From: Candidatus Omnitrophota bacterium
GTDB lineage: Bacteria; Omnitrophota; Gorgyraeia; JABMRG01
Assembly: GCA_013202525.1 (NCBI GenBank)
Contig: JABMQS010000002.1
Coordinates: 1-60,297, forward strand
Direction: 5' to 3'
DNA length: 60,297 bases
Made by a program: the position numbers and the translations under genes
In this document: piece by piece, positions 18,427-26,998 of the stretch
Position numbering within the stretch: position 1 is the stretch's first letter
How the letters are laid out: each line of letters begins with the position of its first letter
Notes under the pieces: generated by a model
The model's input: only the letters and a program-made list of their open reading frames with translations
Told to the model about the DNA's origin: nothing
Database searches by the model: none

Positions 18427-18810
18427 ATGGAAGGCAAGATAAAGATTTTGGTAGTCGATGATGAGACTGATGCACTGGAACTGTTTAAGGACCTATTTGC
18501 CTCAAAGGGATACGAGGTGGAATGCGCTCCAGGCGGGATGGAGGCGCTTGCCCTTGTGGAGAAGTCGAATATCGATGTGGTACTCCTCGATATAAACATG
18601 CCGGTAATAGACGGCATCGAGACCCTGGCAAAACTGAAGCAGAAGAAGCCCGATCTCCCAGTGGTCATGCTTACTGCCTATGGCTATGATGAGGAACTTG
18701 TAAATAAGGCCTTAGGGCTCGGCGCTTCGGGGTATATCAGCAAGAATCTTCCACTTGCGCAGATCGTCCACACCTTCAAGACCGTCTTGAGCACAATCCA
18801 CCGCAAATAA
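18427..18810 (+). CDS. Single-domain response regulator (CheY-like receiver)
   Basis: LVVDDE, the phospho-acceptor context VVLLDINMP, LTAYG and the K in YISKN are present. There is no output domain. Confidence 0.9.
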   Translation: MEGKIKILVVDDETDALELFKDLFASKGYEVECAPGGMEALALVEKSNIDVVLLDINMPVIDGIETLAKLKQKKPDLPVVMLTAYGYDEELVNKALGLGASGYISKNLPLAQIVHTFKTVLSTIHRK

Positions 18811-18846
18811 GAAGGCACATCTGTGATAAGGGTTGTTTTCAGGATA

Positions 18847-18933
18847 TGGTGCAGAAGGGGGGAGTTGAACCCCCATGAGGTTGCCCCCACTAGGTCCTGA
18901 ACCTAGCGCGTCTGCCAATTCCGCCACTTCTGC
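18847..18933 (-). tRNA. tRNA-Leu (anticodon CAG), type II with a long variable arm and an encoded CCA
   Basis: The reverse complement reads GCAGAAGTGGCGGAATTGGCAGACGCGCTAGGTTCAGGACCTAGTGGGGGCAACCTCATGGGGGTTCAACTCCCCCCTTCTGCACCA. It has a 7-bp acceptor stem, an anticodon stem CTAGG/CCTAG with loop TTCAGGA, and a T-arm GGGGG TTCAACT CCCCC. Confidence 0.9.
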
Positions 18934-19014
18934 ATTAGGGTAGTAGTAAGTATACTAAAAACCTTACCTATCTGTCAATATATTAAAGTCGAATATTCCA
19001 GTATCTTTAAAAAC

Positions 19015-19043
19015 TTGCCATATATAACACTTTATGTTATACT
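19015..19043 (+). promoter_or_regulatory. Strong sigma-70-type promoter for smpB-ssrA with a very short leader
   Basis: TTGCCA (19015-19020), a 17-nt spacer and TATACT (19038-19043) preceded by TGT (extended -10) are present. ATG 19056 lies 13 nt after the -10 box and has no Shine-Dalgarno. Confidence 0.55.
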
Positions 19044-19055
19044 ATTGCGCCTCTG

Positions 19056-19505
19056 ATGAAGAATAATAATATTGCCCAGAATAAGAAAGCACACTTTGAT
19101 TATATCCTCCTTGACAGGTTTGAGGCCGGAGTAGAGCTCCAAGGCCCGGAGGTGAAGTCTATACGCGACAGGAAGGTCAGCATAAAAGAGAGCTTTGTGC
19201 GGATAGACGGGGGGCAGGCCTACATCCTTGGTATGCATATAAGCCCTTATAAACAGAGCGGGCAGTTTGCGCCTGATCCCACCAGGACAAGGAGGCTTTT
19301 GCTGCATAAAGCCGAGATAAAGAAACTGGAAGGCCTTACTGCGCAAAAAGGCCACACCGTAGTACCTACAAGGCTCTATTTTAGGAAGGGTTTTACCAAG
19401 ATCGAGATAGCCGTTGCCAAAGGCAAGAGGCTCTTTGATAAGAGACAGAAGCTGCGCTGCCAGACCGTTGAACGAGAAATGCGGCGTTCCCTTAAGTCAC
19501 GTTGA
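19056..19505 (+). CDS. smpB: SsrA-binding protein SmpB
   Basis: AQNKKAHFDY, GxEVKS (GPEVKSIR), the HISPY motif and a basic C-terminal tail are typical of SmpB. Confidence 0.95.
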   Translation: MKNNNIAQNKKAHFDYILLDRFEAGVELQGPEVKSIRDRKVSIKESFVRIDGGQAYILGMHISPYKQSGQFAPDPTRTRRLLLHKAEIKKLEGLTAQKGHTVVPTRLYFRKGFTKIEIAVAKGKRLFDKRQKLRCQTVEREMRRSLKSR

Positions 19506-19511
19506 CAGTTG

Positions 19512-19920
19512 GGGGGCGATTTGGGTTCGACTTAATGTATGGTGGCAATGAGGAGCATGCCGAGGTTGGTCAGTTGGCCTCGTTAAAAGCTGACCAAAAA
19601 CTAAGTGCAGAAAAACTACGCACAAAGGTCATGGAAGTCGTTCCTATTAACACAGGAATGGTTTCTGTGATGCCGTTAGCCGCCTAAAAGCGCGGCTACC
19701 GTCACCTGGCCCTGCCTGCAGGGCCGGATGTGACGCCATTAGCAGGCTAGTCCTGGATCCTTGGCTTTTGGGGTGTAGGATCAAATCTTAAAAAGCTGCG
19801 CCTTCTGACGATCCCTCCTGTGGGAGCCCGGAAGGCTAAGACCAAAACGCAGGATAAGCATGTAGCTTGCCTCTTGCTGTGTACTTAAGGACGAGGGTTC
19901 GATTCCCTCCGCCTCCACCA
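19512..19920 (+). ncRNA. ssrA: tmRNA (SsrA)
   Basis: The 5' end GGGGGCGATTTGGGTTCGAC pairs with the 3' end CGCCTCCACCA, including the G3:U wobble. The T-arm is GAGGGTTCGATTCCCTC. An internal tag ORF ends in ...PLAA-TAA (19685-19687). The gene begins 6 nt after smpB. Confidence 0.9.
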
Positions 19921-19997
19921 TCCTACGCCTCGAAATGTAAGAAGTCCATGGAAGCAGGCTGCGGATGGCAAGCCAATGAGAAGTTAACATTTTAGAT

Positions 19998-21143
19998 ATG
20001 AAAATTTCAAAAAAATATAAGACAAGCCTTGTCTTTCTTGTGCTGTTTATGATCGCGGGATGTACTACAACCCCGCCTGTAAGCCATAGGACCTCAAGGC
20101 AGAGAAAACCTATAAAGGGTGTGACATACAATATAGGCAAGAAGGAGTATGTCCCGCTGGCGTCCGTTTTGGCCACATATGGCGCGGACTATGATTGGGA
20201 TTCCATAGGCAAGAAACTCACTATTTACCGCGACGACAATAAGGTCACAGTCTGCCTGGGCAGCAGGGTCGCCATGCTCAATAAATCCCAGACAACATTG
20301 AGTGCACCGGTCAGGATGTATAAGAGCTTAATAGTCTTTCCCAGCGATTTCGTATCCGAATCCCTCGCCGACTTTTTCTCAGAGAGACGCAGACCTTCAG
20401 TACCAAGGAAGAAGAAGGTTATCCAGCCTGCCCCTGAGTATGCCATAAGAAGGGTGGTTATCGATTCGGGTCATGGCGGAAGGGATCCCGGCGCCATAGG
20501 GGAGTTTGGAGTACGGGAGAAGAAGATAACGCTCGATATCGCCAAGAGGCTAAAACACTACCTGGAAGGCTCAGGCATAAAGGTGGTCCTTACGCGTGAC
20601 AGGGATACATTTATATCTTTATGGAAGAGGGCAAACGTTGCCAACAAGCAGAATGCGGATTTCTTCATAAGCATACATGCCAATGCCTCCCGCTCTAAGT
20701 ATGTCAAAGGTTTTGAGATCTTTTATCTCTCCGAGGCCGTAGATGACAACGCAAGGGCAATAGCAGCCGCGGAGAATGCCTCGCTCAAATATGAAAGTTC
20801 CTCTTTTGGCGACAGGAGGCCGTCCAACAGCTTAGAGGCCACCATATGGGATCTGAAGTACAGCGAAAACAGAAGGGTCTCCATAGAATTGGCAGACTGC
20901 ATAGCAAAGGCCGCTTACAGGAGGCTGGGCGTAAGGAACAGGGGTGTTAAGGCGGCGAGGTTCTATGTATTAAAAGGTGCGGAGATGCCCTCGGTGCTGA
21001 TAGAAGTTGGATTCCTATCCAACCGGCAGGAGGCAGCGAAGCTCAATACCAGTAAGTACCGCGAAAAGGTTGCCAAGGCCATAGCAACAGGTATCCTGGA
21101 TTATAAGCAGATATACGAGGAATCGGAGGCCTTTACAAAGTGA
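19998..21143 (+). CDS. N-acetylmuramoyl-L-alanine amidase (Amidase_3 family) lipoprotein
   Basis: A lipobox-like LFMIAGC is present. The N-terminal region looks like a copper-amine-oxidase-N-like stalk. The catalytic region has IDSGHGGRDPGA, SIHANA and VLIEVGFLSN. Confidence 0.85.
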   Translation: MKISKKYKTSLVFLVLFMIAGCTTTPPVSHRTSRQRKPIKGVTYNIGKKEYVPLASVLATYGADYDWDSIGKKLTIYRDDNKVTVCLGSRVAMLNKSQTTLSAPVRMYKSLIVFPSDFVSESLADFFSERRRPSVPRKKKVIQPAPEYAIRRVVIDSGHGGRDPGAIGEFGVREKKITLDIAKRLKHYLEGSGIKVVLTRDRDTFISLWKRANVANKQNADFFISIHANASRSKYVKGFEIFYLSEAVDDNARAIAAAENASLKYESSSFGDRRPSNSLEATIWDLKYSENRRVSIELADCIAKAAYRRLGVRNRGVKAARFYVLKGAEMPSVLIEVGFLSNRQEAAKLNTSKYREKVAKAIATGILDYKQIYEESEAFTK

Positions 21144-21973
21144 GTATAGACAGGCGGCCTATAGGCATTTTCGACTCTGGTATCGGCGGACTTACGGTTG
21201 TAAAGGAACTGGTAAGACAGCTGCCCGGCGAGGACATCGTCTATTTTGGAGACACCGCGCGGGTTCCCTACGGCGTGAAGTCACGCGACACAGTAGTAAA
21301 ATTTTCAATAGAGAACACGCTTTTTCTTTTAAAAAATAAGGTAAAGCTGGTAATAGCCGCGTGCAATACTTCATCCAGCGTAGCGTTGACTACCCTGAAG
21401 AGGAATTTCAAGGTGCCGGTCATAGGCGTTATAGCTCCCGGCGCAAGGGACGCGGTCTTATCCAGCAGAAGCGGCAGGATCGGTGTCATCGGGACATCTA
21501 CTACCATAAGCAGCAAGGCCTACGAAAAACAGATCTTGAAAAATAAGGGCTTATTTAAGCCTGCCCGCGGTAGGTCCATAAAGGTATTTTCCAGGAGCTG
21601 TCCGTTATTCGTACCACTGGTGGAAGAGGGGTGGCTGGCCAGTAAGGTGACGGATAATGTTATCAGGCAGTATCTCTCGTCACTTAAGAACAAAGATATC
21701 GATACCTTGATACTCGGGTGCACGCACTACCCTCTTCTCAAGAGCGGCATAAGAAAGGTCATGGGAAAAAAGGTTACCCTGGTAGATTCCGCGGTCTCTA
21801 CAGCAAAGGCAGCCAGGGAGTTTATAGAAGCCAGGGGCATAGCCAACAGCCCCGGGCGCAGGGCTGCTTTACGGTTTTTTGTGAGTGATGAAGCGCAGCG
21901 TTTCAAGAAGGTAGGAGAGAGTTTTTTAGGCAGGCGGTTGTCTTCCGTCGTGAGGGTCAAGCATGGGATATAG
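21140..21973 (+). CDS. murI: Glutamate racemase
   Basis: FDSGIGGLTV, AACNTSS and GCTHYPLL motifs are present. The GTG start overlaps the amidase stop codon. Confidence 0.95.
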   Translation: MSIDRRPIGIFDSGIGGLTVVKELVRQLPGEDIVYFGDTARVPYGVKSRDTVVKFSIENTLFLLKNKVKLVIAACNTSSSVALTTLKRNFKVPVIGVIAPGARDAVLSSRSGRIGVIGTSTTISSKAYEKQILKNKGLFKPARGRSIKVFSRSCPLFVPLVEEGWLASKVTDNVIRQYLSSLKNKDIDTLILGCTHYPLLKSGIRKVMGKKVTLVDSAVSTAKAAREFIEARGIANSPGRRAALRFFVSDEAQRFKKVGESFLGRRLSSVVRVKHGI

Positions 21974-22337
21974 CATAATAGTAGAGGCGCATTTCAGCGC
22001 AGCGCACAGGTTAAAGGGTTACCGTGGACGGTGCGAGACACAGCATGGGCATAACTGGAAGGTAGAGGTTACCATCTCGGGTGAGAAACTGGATAAGATA
22101 GGTATGGTCATGGATTTTAAGGTGGCAAAGAGGATTCTTAGCAATATACTTTCATCGCTCGATCATAAGGATCTCAACAAGACACCCCCCTTCAAAAAAC
22201 AAAATCCCACCTCAGAGCTTATCGCAGAGTTTATATTCAACAGATATCAGAAGAGATTAAAGGCACCCCTCAGGCTAAAGAAGGTTATGGTGTGGGAGAC
22301 GCCTACCTCATCCGCCACCTTTTCACTGGACGATTGA
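21963..22337 (+). CDS. queD: 6-carboxy-5,6,7,8-tetrahydropterin synthase
   Basis: The CETQHGHNWKVEV motif, a ~120-aa size and its position in a que cluster support the call. Confidence 0.9.
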   Translation: MGYSIIVEAHFSAAHRLKGYRGRCETQHGHNWKVEVTISGEKLDKIGMVMDFKVAKRILSNILSSLDHKDLNKTPPFKKQNPTSELIAEFIFNRYQKRLKAPLRLKKVMVWETPTSSATFSLDD

Positions 22338-22340
22338 CAT

Positions 22341-23093
22341 ATGAACCCCGTAAGAAATTTAAGACATAGCAGGGACTCAAAGATTTCTCACGGGGCAAGC
22401 CCCGTAAGAAATTCAGGACATAGCAGGGACTCAAAGATTTCTCACGGGGCAAGGGCAGTGATTCTTCTTTCAGGAGGCATCGATTCAGGGGCAACATTAT
22501 ATTATGCAAGGCAGAAGGGGTATAAGGTCTTCTGCCTTACCTTTGATTATGGCCAAAGACACAACAGGGAGATAGATTCAGCGCGCAGACTGGCAGAGGC
22601 ATGCGGCGCAGACTGGCGCCTGTTAAAGATCAGCCTGCCCTGGAAGGGAAGCGCCCTGCTTGAGAAAGGAAGAAGGCTGCCGAAGGGTAAGCTCGCGCGA
22701 AAAGATATACCGAGTACTTATGTGCCTGGCCGCAATATCATATTTTTGAGTTATGCGGTCTCGTATGCAGAGGCCATCAAGGCAGAGGCAGTATTTATAG
22801 GCGCCAATCAGATCGACTACAGCGGGTATCCGGACTGCAGGGATTCTTTCCTGAGGGCGTTCGGCGCTGCTGTTAAAAGAGGTACAAAGAAGGGCGTAAG
22901 CGGCCGCGGCATAAGAATAAAGGCGCCATTTATCAATAAGACCAAGTCCCAGATCGTTGCGGCTGCGCTTAAAATGAAGGTACCGATTGAAACCACATGG
23001 TCCTGTTACAGAGGCGGCAGACGCCCGTGCGGCGTTTGTGATTCCTGCCTGATCCGCACAAGGGCCTTTAAGGAGGCAGGTATTTATGGCTAG
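22341..23093 (+). CDS. queC: 7-cyano-7-deazaguanine synthase; the start codon is uncertain
   Basis: The conserved core starts at AVILLSGGIDS, and the C-terminal zinc cluster is CYRGG..PCGVCDSC. The first 39 codons from ATG 22341 are the translated tandem repeat. The in-frame GTG at 22458 would give a canonical-length QueC. Confidence 0.9.
   Translation: MNPVRNLRHSRDSKISHGASPVRNSGHSRDSKISHGARAVILLSGGIDSGATLYYARQKGYKVFCLTFDYGQRHNREIDSARRLAEACGADWRLLKISLPWKGSALLEKGRRLPKGKLARKDIPSTYVPGRNIIFLSYAVSYAEAIKAEAVFIGANQIDYSGYPDCRDSFLRAFGAAVKRGTKKGVSGRGIRIKAPFINKTKSQIVAAALKMKVPIETTWSCYRGGRRPCGVCDSCLIRTRAFKEAGIYG
22346..22453. repeat. Tandem 2 x 54-nt hairpin repeat at the queD/queC junction
   Basis: Copies at 22346-22399 and 22400-22453 differ at 2 positions. 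Each can form a 13-bp stem with one mismatch (CCCCGTAAGAAAT / ATTTCTCACGGGG) around a 24-nt loop. Confidence 0.9.
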
Positions 23094-23787
23094 ACACCGA
23101 AAGGCAAAGATGGTAGAGATCTTCTCCTCGATACAGGGCGAAGGCCTGCGTATAGGCGAGAGGCAGATATTTATCAGGTTCCACGGATGCAATCTGAAGT
23201 GCGGATTCTGTGATGTCAATAAACGGAAGAGGCCGGTTAGCGTCGACGCAAAGAAGGTCCTAAAGGATATAGACTCCCTGAATGCCGGCCATACCCATAA
23301 TACGGTCTCGATAACAGGGGGCGAGCCGCTCCTGCACAGTGATTTTTTGAAAAATCTCCTGCCGGAGATCGCGGAGAGGGGCCTTAAGGTATACCTTGAG
23401 ACCAATGCAACCCTGGTCGATGAGCTTAAAGAGACGATCAAGCATGTGGATATGATCTCTGTGGATATCAAACTTCCAAGTGTAAGTGGAAATGCACCCT
23501 GCTGGCAGCAGCACCGTAAGTTTTTAAGGGCAGCGTTTAAGAAGGAGTTCTTTGTGAAGATCGTCGTCTCAAAAAATCTTGATATATCAGAATTTGATGA
23601 GGCCGTTAAACTTATGAGAAGTATAAGTTTTGATCTGCCCTTTGTTATTCAGCCCGAGACAAAAAAGAACTCCCGCAGCCTGAATATAAGCGCCAAGAAG
23701 CTTTTGGAACTGCAGGAGAGGGCGCTCAAATCGCTCAACCATGTACTTGTGATACCGCAGGCGCATAAGATGCTGGGGGTAAGATAG
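23086..23787 (+). CDS. queE: 7-carboxy-7-deazaguanine synthase (radical SAM)
   Basis: EIFSSIQGEG, the cluster motif CNLKCGFCD and ITGGEPLL are present. The gene overlaps the queC stop by 8 nt. Confidence 0.9.
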   Translation: MARHRKAKMVEIFSSIQGEGLRIGERQIFIRFHGCNLKCGFCDVNKRKRPVSVDAKKVLKDIDSLNAGHTHNTVSITGGEPLLHSDFLKNLLPEIAERGLKVYLETNATLVDELKETIKHVDMISVDIKLPSVSGNAPCWQQHRKFLRAAFKKEFFVKIVVSKNLDISEFDEAVKLMRSISFDLPFVIQPETKKNSRSLNISAKKLLELQERALKSLNHVLVIPQAHKMLGVR

Positions 23788-24189
23788 ATGCCCGGAAAAA
23801 AGAGTTCATATAAGGGCCTGCAGGAGGATGTGCGCAGAATCAAGACTCCGAAGATCGACGTATGGCGGAATAAGTATCCTGACAAGGACTATACTGTTTG
23901 TGTCGAGACATCGGAATTTACCTGCATCTGCCCTAAGACAGGCCTGCCTGACTTTGCAAGTATCCGGATAGAATATGTCCCTGATAAGTTCTGCATCGAG
24001 CTCAAGTCATTTAAGCTATACCTTGTTTCGTACCGCAGCGTCGGGATATTTCATGAACATGTTATTAACAGGATCCTCGATGATTTTATAGCCGCCTGCA
24101 GGCCGCGCTGTGCCGATATTACAGGCGAGTTTGGACTTCGCGGTGGTATAAAGACGACGGTCAGCAGGCATTATGGCGGGAAGCGATAG
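23788..24189 (+). CDS. queF: NADPH-dependent 7-cyano-7-deazaguanine reductase (unimodular type)
   Basis: The catalytic Cys context is EFTCICPKTGLPDF, and the QueF motif is ELKSFKLYLVSYR. Confidence 0.9.
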   Translation: MPGKKSSYKGLQEDVRRIKTPKIDVWRNKYPDKDYTVCVETSEFTCICPKTGLPDFASIRIEYVPDKFCIELKSFKLYLVSYRSVGIFHEHVINRILDDFIAACRPRCADITGEFGLRGGIKTTVSRHYGGKR

Positions 24190-24202
24190 GAGCGGGATTA
24201 AG

Positions 24203-25042
24203 ATGAGAAAGATATCTTCTGATAAGATCAGAAATGCGGTGGCTGAATTGGCCGTCAGGGCAAACGTATCATTGCGAAAGGATATATTAGAGGCATTAAA
24301 GAAGGCGCAGCGCTCTGAAACCAAACCCCTCGCAAAAAAGACCCTCGCCCTTCTTATAGAAAACGCGAAGATCGCAGAAAGCGAATTCATCCCCATATGC
24401 CAGGACACAGGCATGGCAGTGGTCTCCTGCGAGATAGGCCAGGATGTGCATGTTAAGGGGGATTTGACAAAGGCGATAAACGAGGGTATAAAACAGGGGT
24501 ATAAAAAAGGACATCTGCGCAAGTCGGTGGTCTCCGACCCCCTGATCAGGAAGAACACAAAGACCAATACGCCTTGCGTCATACACTTTAAGATTGTAAG
24601 TGGAGGGGCCCTTAAGCTGACGGTCCTGCCAAAGGGTTTTGGCAGTGAAAACAAGAGCAGGTTGATCATGCTAAAACCCACAGACACCGATAAAGAGATT
24701 ATAGGTTTTGTCATATCTGTTGTAAAGGCGGCTGGCGCAGATGCCTGCCCGCCGTTTATCCTGGGCATTGGCATAGGCGGCACATTGGATAAGGCTGCAC
24801 ACCTGGCAAAAGAGGCGACCCTGCGCCCGATACACAAGCCCAACCCCAAGAGCCACCTTGGCCGCATAGAGAAACAGATACTCTCTGCAGCCAATAAGAC
24901 CGGGATAGGCCCTGCCGGCTTGGGCGGAAAGACGACATGTCTCGGCGTGAATATATTGAGTTTTCCAACCCATATTGCCGGCCTTCCGGTATGCGTTAAT
25001 ATAAGCTGCCATGCGATGCGCAGCGCAAGCGCTGTGATATAA
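24203..25042 (+). CDS. Fe-S hydro-lyase alpha subunit (class I fumarate hydratase / tartrate dehydratase type)
   Basis: IPICQDTGMAVV and the overall similarity to the alpha subunit of two-subunit class I fumarases support the call. The start is placed at ATG 24203 (MRKISS...) rather than 24173, which overlaps queF. Confidence 0.85.
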   Translation: MRKISSDKIRNAVAELAVRANVSLRKDILEALKKAQRSETKPLAKKTLALLIENAKIAESEFIPICQDTGMAVVSCEIGQDVHVKGDLTKAINEGIKQGYKKGHLRKSVVSDPLIRKNTKTNTPCVIHFKIVSGGALKLTVLPKGFGSENKSRLIMLKPTDTDKEIIGFVISVVKAAGADACPPFILGIGIGGTLDKAAHLAKEATLRPIHKPNPKSHLGRIEKQILSAANKTGIGPAGLGGKTTCLGVNILSFPTHIAGLPVCVNISCHAMRSASAVI

Positions 25043-25043
25043 G

Positions 25044-25583
25044 ATGAAATATATTAATCTGCCGCTGACCAAGGATATAAGAAAGAGCCTTAAGCCCGGA
25101 GAGGAGCTTCTCCTGACAGGCAAGATATACACCGCCCGGGACCAGGCACACAAGCGGTTCTGCGAGAGCTTAAAGAAGGGTGAGAGATTGCCCATTTCCT
25201 TAAAGGACAATGTGATCTTTTACTGCGGCCCGGCGCCCACAAGGCCCGGCGACGCAATAGGCTCCTGCGGGCCTACCACATCGAGCCGCATGGATACCTT
25301 TACACCACAGCTGCTATCTAAGGGGTTGGCTGCCATGATAGGAAAGGGCAGGCGTTCGGAAAGGGTAAAGTCCGCTATCAAAAGGCACGGTGCGGTTTAC
25401 CTTATAGCTATAGGCGGTGCAGGCGCTTATCTTGCAAGGAGAGTAAAGAAGGCAAGGCCTATCGCTTATAAGGATCTGGGGACTGAGGCAATTCATGAAT
25501 TATGGGTTGAGGATTTCCCGGTTATAGTTGCGATCGATTCGAAGGGTAAGAGCATATTCAAACGAGGGGGTAAAGATGCGTAG
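25044..25583 (+). CDS. Fe-S hydro-lyase beta subunit (class I fumarate hydratase / tartrate dehydratase type)
   Basis: [18 protein letters not shown] and GPTTSSRMD motifs are present. The gene starts 1 nt after the alpha subunit stop. Confidence 0.85.
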   Translation: MKYINLPLTKDIRKSLKPGEELLLTGKIYTARDQAHKRFCESLKKGERLPISLKDNVIFYCGPAPTRPGDAIGSCGPTTSSRMDTFTPQLLSKGLAAMIGKGRRSERVKSAIKRHGAVYLIAIGGAGAYLARRVKKARPIAYKDLGTEAIHELWVEDFPVIVAIDSKGKSIFKRGGKDA

Positions 25584-26292
25584 TGACGGTAGAACAGATG
25601 ATGCCATGAGAAAGGTCAAAATAAAGAGGAACTTTTCAAAATATGCAGAGGGCTCCTGCCTGATAGAGTTCAACAATACAAAGGTCATATGCACAGCATC
25701 GTTGGAAGAGGGCGTGCCTCCTTTCTTAAGGGGTAAGGGCAGGGGCTGGATTACAGCAGAGTATAGCATGCTTCCGCGCTCCTGCAAAAAGAGAACGCCG
25801 CGGGAATCATCCCGTGGTAAGGTAGGGGGAAGGACGCATGAGATCCAGCGTCTTATCGGAAGATCCCTGAGGACCGCCTGCGACATGAAGGTTCTGGGCG
25901 AGCGTACTATATGGATAGACTGTGATGTTATGCAGGGCGACGGCGGCACACGCACCGCGGCCATAACCGGAGCATTCGTGGCGCTCGTAGAGGCATTGAA
26001 GAAGATAAAAAAGGCCGGTATTATCCGGGAGATGCCGATCAAGCACTATGTTGCAGCCGTAAGTGTAGGCATTGTTAAGGGCAAGGCCGTACTCGACCTC
26101 GATTATGAAGAGGATGTAAATGCAGAGGTCGATATGAATGTTGTAATGACCTCCAAGGGTGAATTTATCGAGGTCCAGGGCACAGCTGAAGGTGAGCCTT
26201 TTAGCAGACCACAGATGAAGAAGCTTGTCGACCTTGCCGAGAAGGGTATAAAGTCTCTTATAGAGACACAGAAGGGCATACTGAAGATTTAA
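25576..26292 (+). CDS. rph: Ribonuclease PH
   Basis: [16 protein letters not shown]...[19 protein letters not shown] and TAEYSMLP motifs are present. The start is at ATG 25576 and overlaps the preceding gene by 8 nt. Confidence 0.95.
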   Translation: MRSDGRTDDAMRKVKIKRNFSKYAEGSCLIEFNNTKVICTASLEEGVPPFLRGKGRGWITAEYSMLPRSCKKRTPRESSRGKVGGRTHEIQRLIGRSLRTACDMKVLGERTIWIDCDVMQGDGGTRTAAITGAFVALVEALKKIKKAGIIREMPIKHYVAAVSVGIVKGKAVLDLDYEEDVNAEVDMNVVMTSKGEFIEVQGTAEGEPFSRPQMKKLVDLAEKGIKSLIETQKGILKI

Positions 26293-26316
26293 AATATTGA
26301 CTTACCATCCGGATAG

Positions 26317-26367
26317 GCGGGACTTTCTAGTCCCGCATTTAAAAGCCGGGACAGGAATGTCCCGGCT
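26317..26367 (+). promoter_or_regulatory. Two tandem GC-rich hairpins, each with a hexaloop, between rph and rdgB
   Basis: The first is GCGGGAC-TTTCTA-GTCCCGC (26317-26336) and the second AGCCGGGAC-AGGAAT-GTCCCGGCT (26344-26367). No clear U-tract follows, so the function (terminator, processing or antitermination site) is uncertain. Confidence 0.35.
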
Positions 26368-26392
26368 ATCCAAATAAAGAGAATATCTAATC

Positions 26393-26998
26393 ATGAAAAA
26401 ATTGGTAGTAGCGACAAGGAACAGCAAGAAGCTTATTGAGATAAAGAGGCTTCTCAGAGGCACAGGCATAAGGGCCTTATCCCTTGATGAATTTGATAAT
26501 CTACCCAAGGTCAAGGAGGATGGCGCTACATTCAGGGCCAATGCCAAGAAGAAGGCGCTTGAGATATCGCGCCGCATAGATCTTCCTGTCCTGGCAGATG
26601 ACTCAGGCCTCGAGGTGCCTGCACTCAAAAACGCGCCAGGAATAAACTCCGCCAGATACGCGGGCCCTTCCCAGAATGATAAGAGAAATATCGCAAAACT
26701 TCTTAAGAGTATGCACACCCTTACCGGCAGAAAGAGAAGAGCGCGTTTTAGGTGTGTCATAGCTATATCCAGAGGCGCAAGGGTAGTTGGTATCGCAGAG
26801 GGAAAGGTCGAAGGCAGGATAAGTACGCAGACTGAAGGGGACCTTGGCTTTGGCTATGACCCCGTATTTGTGCCGTATGGTTTTAAGAAGACGTTTGCCG
26901 AGTTTAGTTCAAGGGCCAAGGACCGGATAAGCCACCGGGGACGGGCCTTGAGAGAGTCAAAGAAGATCATTCGCCGATATTTCCAAAGATATCCTTGA
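26393..26998 (+). CDS. rdgB: dITP/XTP pyrophosphatase (RdgB/HAM1 family)
   Basis: VVATRNSKKLIEI, DDSGLEV, FGYDPVF and SHRG motifs are present. The 3' end overlaps the convergent AsmA-like gene by 32 nt. Confidence 0.9.
   Translation: MKKLVVATRNSKKLIEIKRLLRGTGIRALSLDEFDNLPKVKEDGATFRANAKKKALEISRRIDLPVLADDSGLEVPALKNAPGINSARYAGPSQNDKRNIAKLLKSMHTLTGRKRRARFRCVIAISRGARVVGIAEGKVEGRISTQTEGDLGFGYDPVFVPYGFKKTFAEFSSRAKDRISHRGRALRESKKIIRRYFQRYP

Noticed and set aside
19502-19687. A 61-aa + strand ORF and a 131-aa - strand ORF (19781-20176) in the smpB-amidase interval.
   Set aside because: Both overlap the tmRNA gene. The + strand ORF is simply the tmRNA tag frame extended upstream. They are not independent protein genes.
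22346-22453. A preQ1 riboswitch or a CRISPR array at the queD/queC tandem repeat.
   Set aside because: There is no preQ1-I style short hairpin with an A-rich tail and no resemblance to the class II or III cores that I can see. The two repeat units are directly adjacent with no spacer, and there are only two copies, so it is not a CRISPR array.
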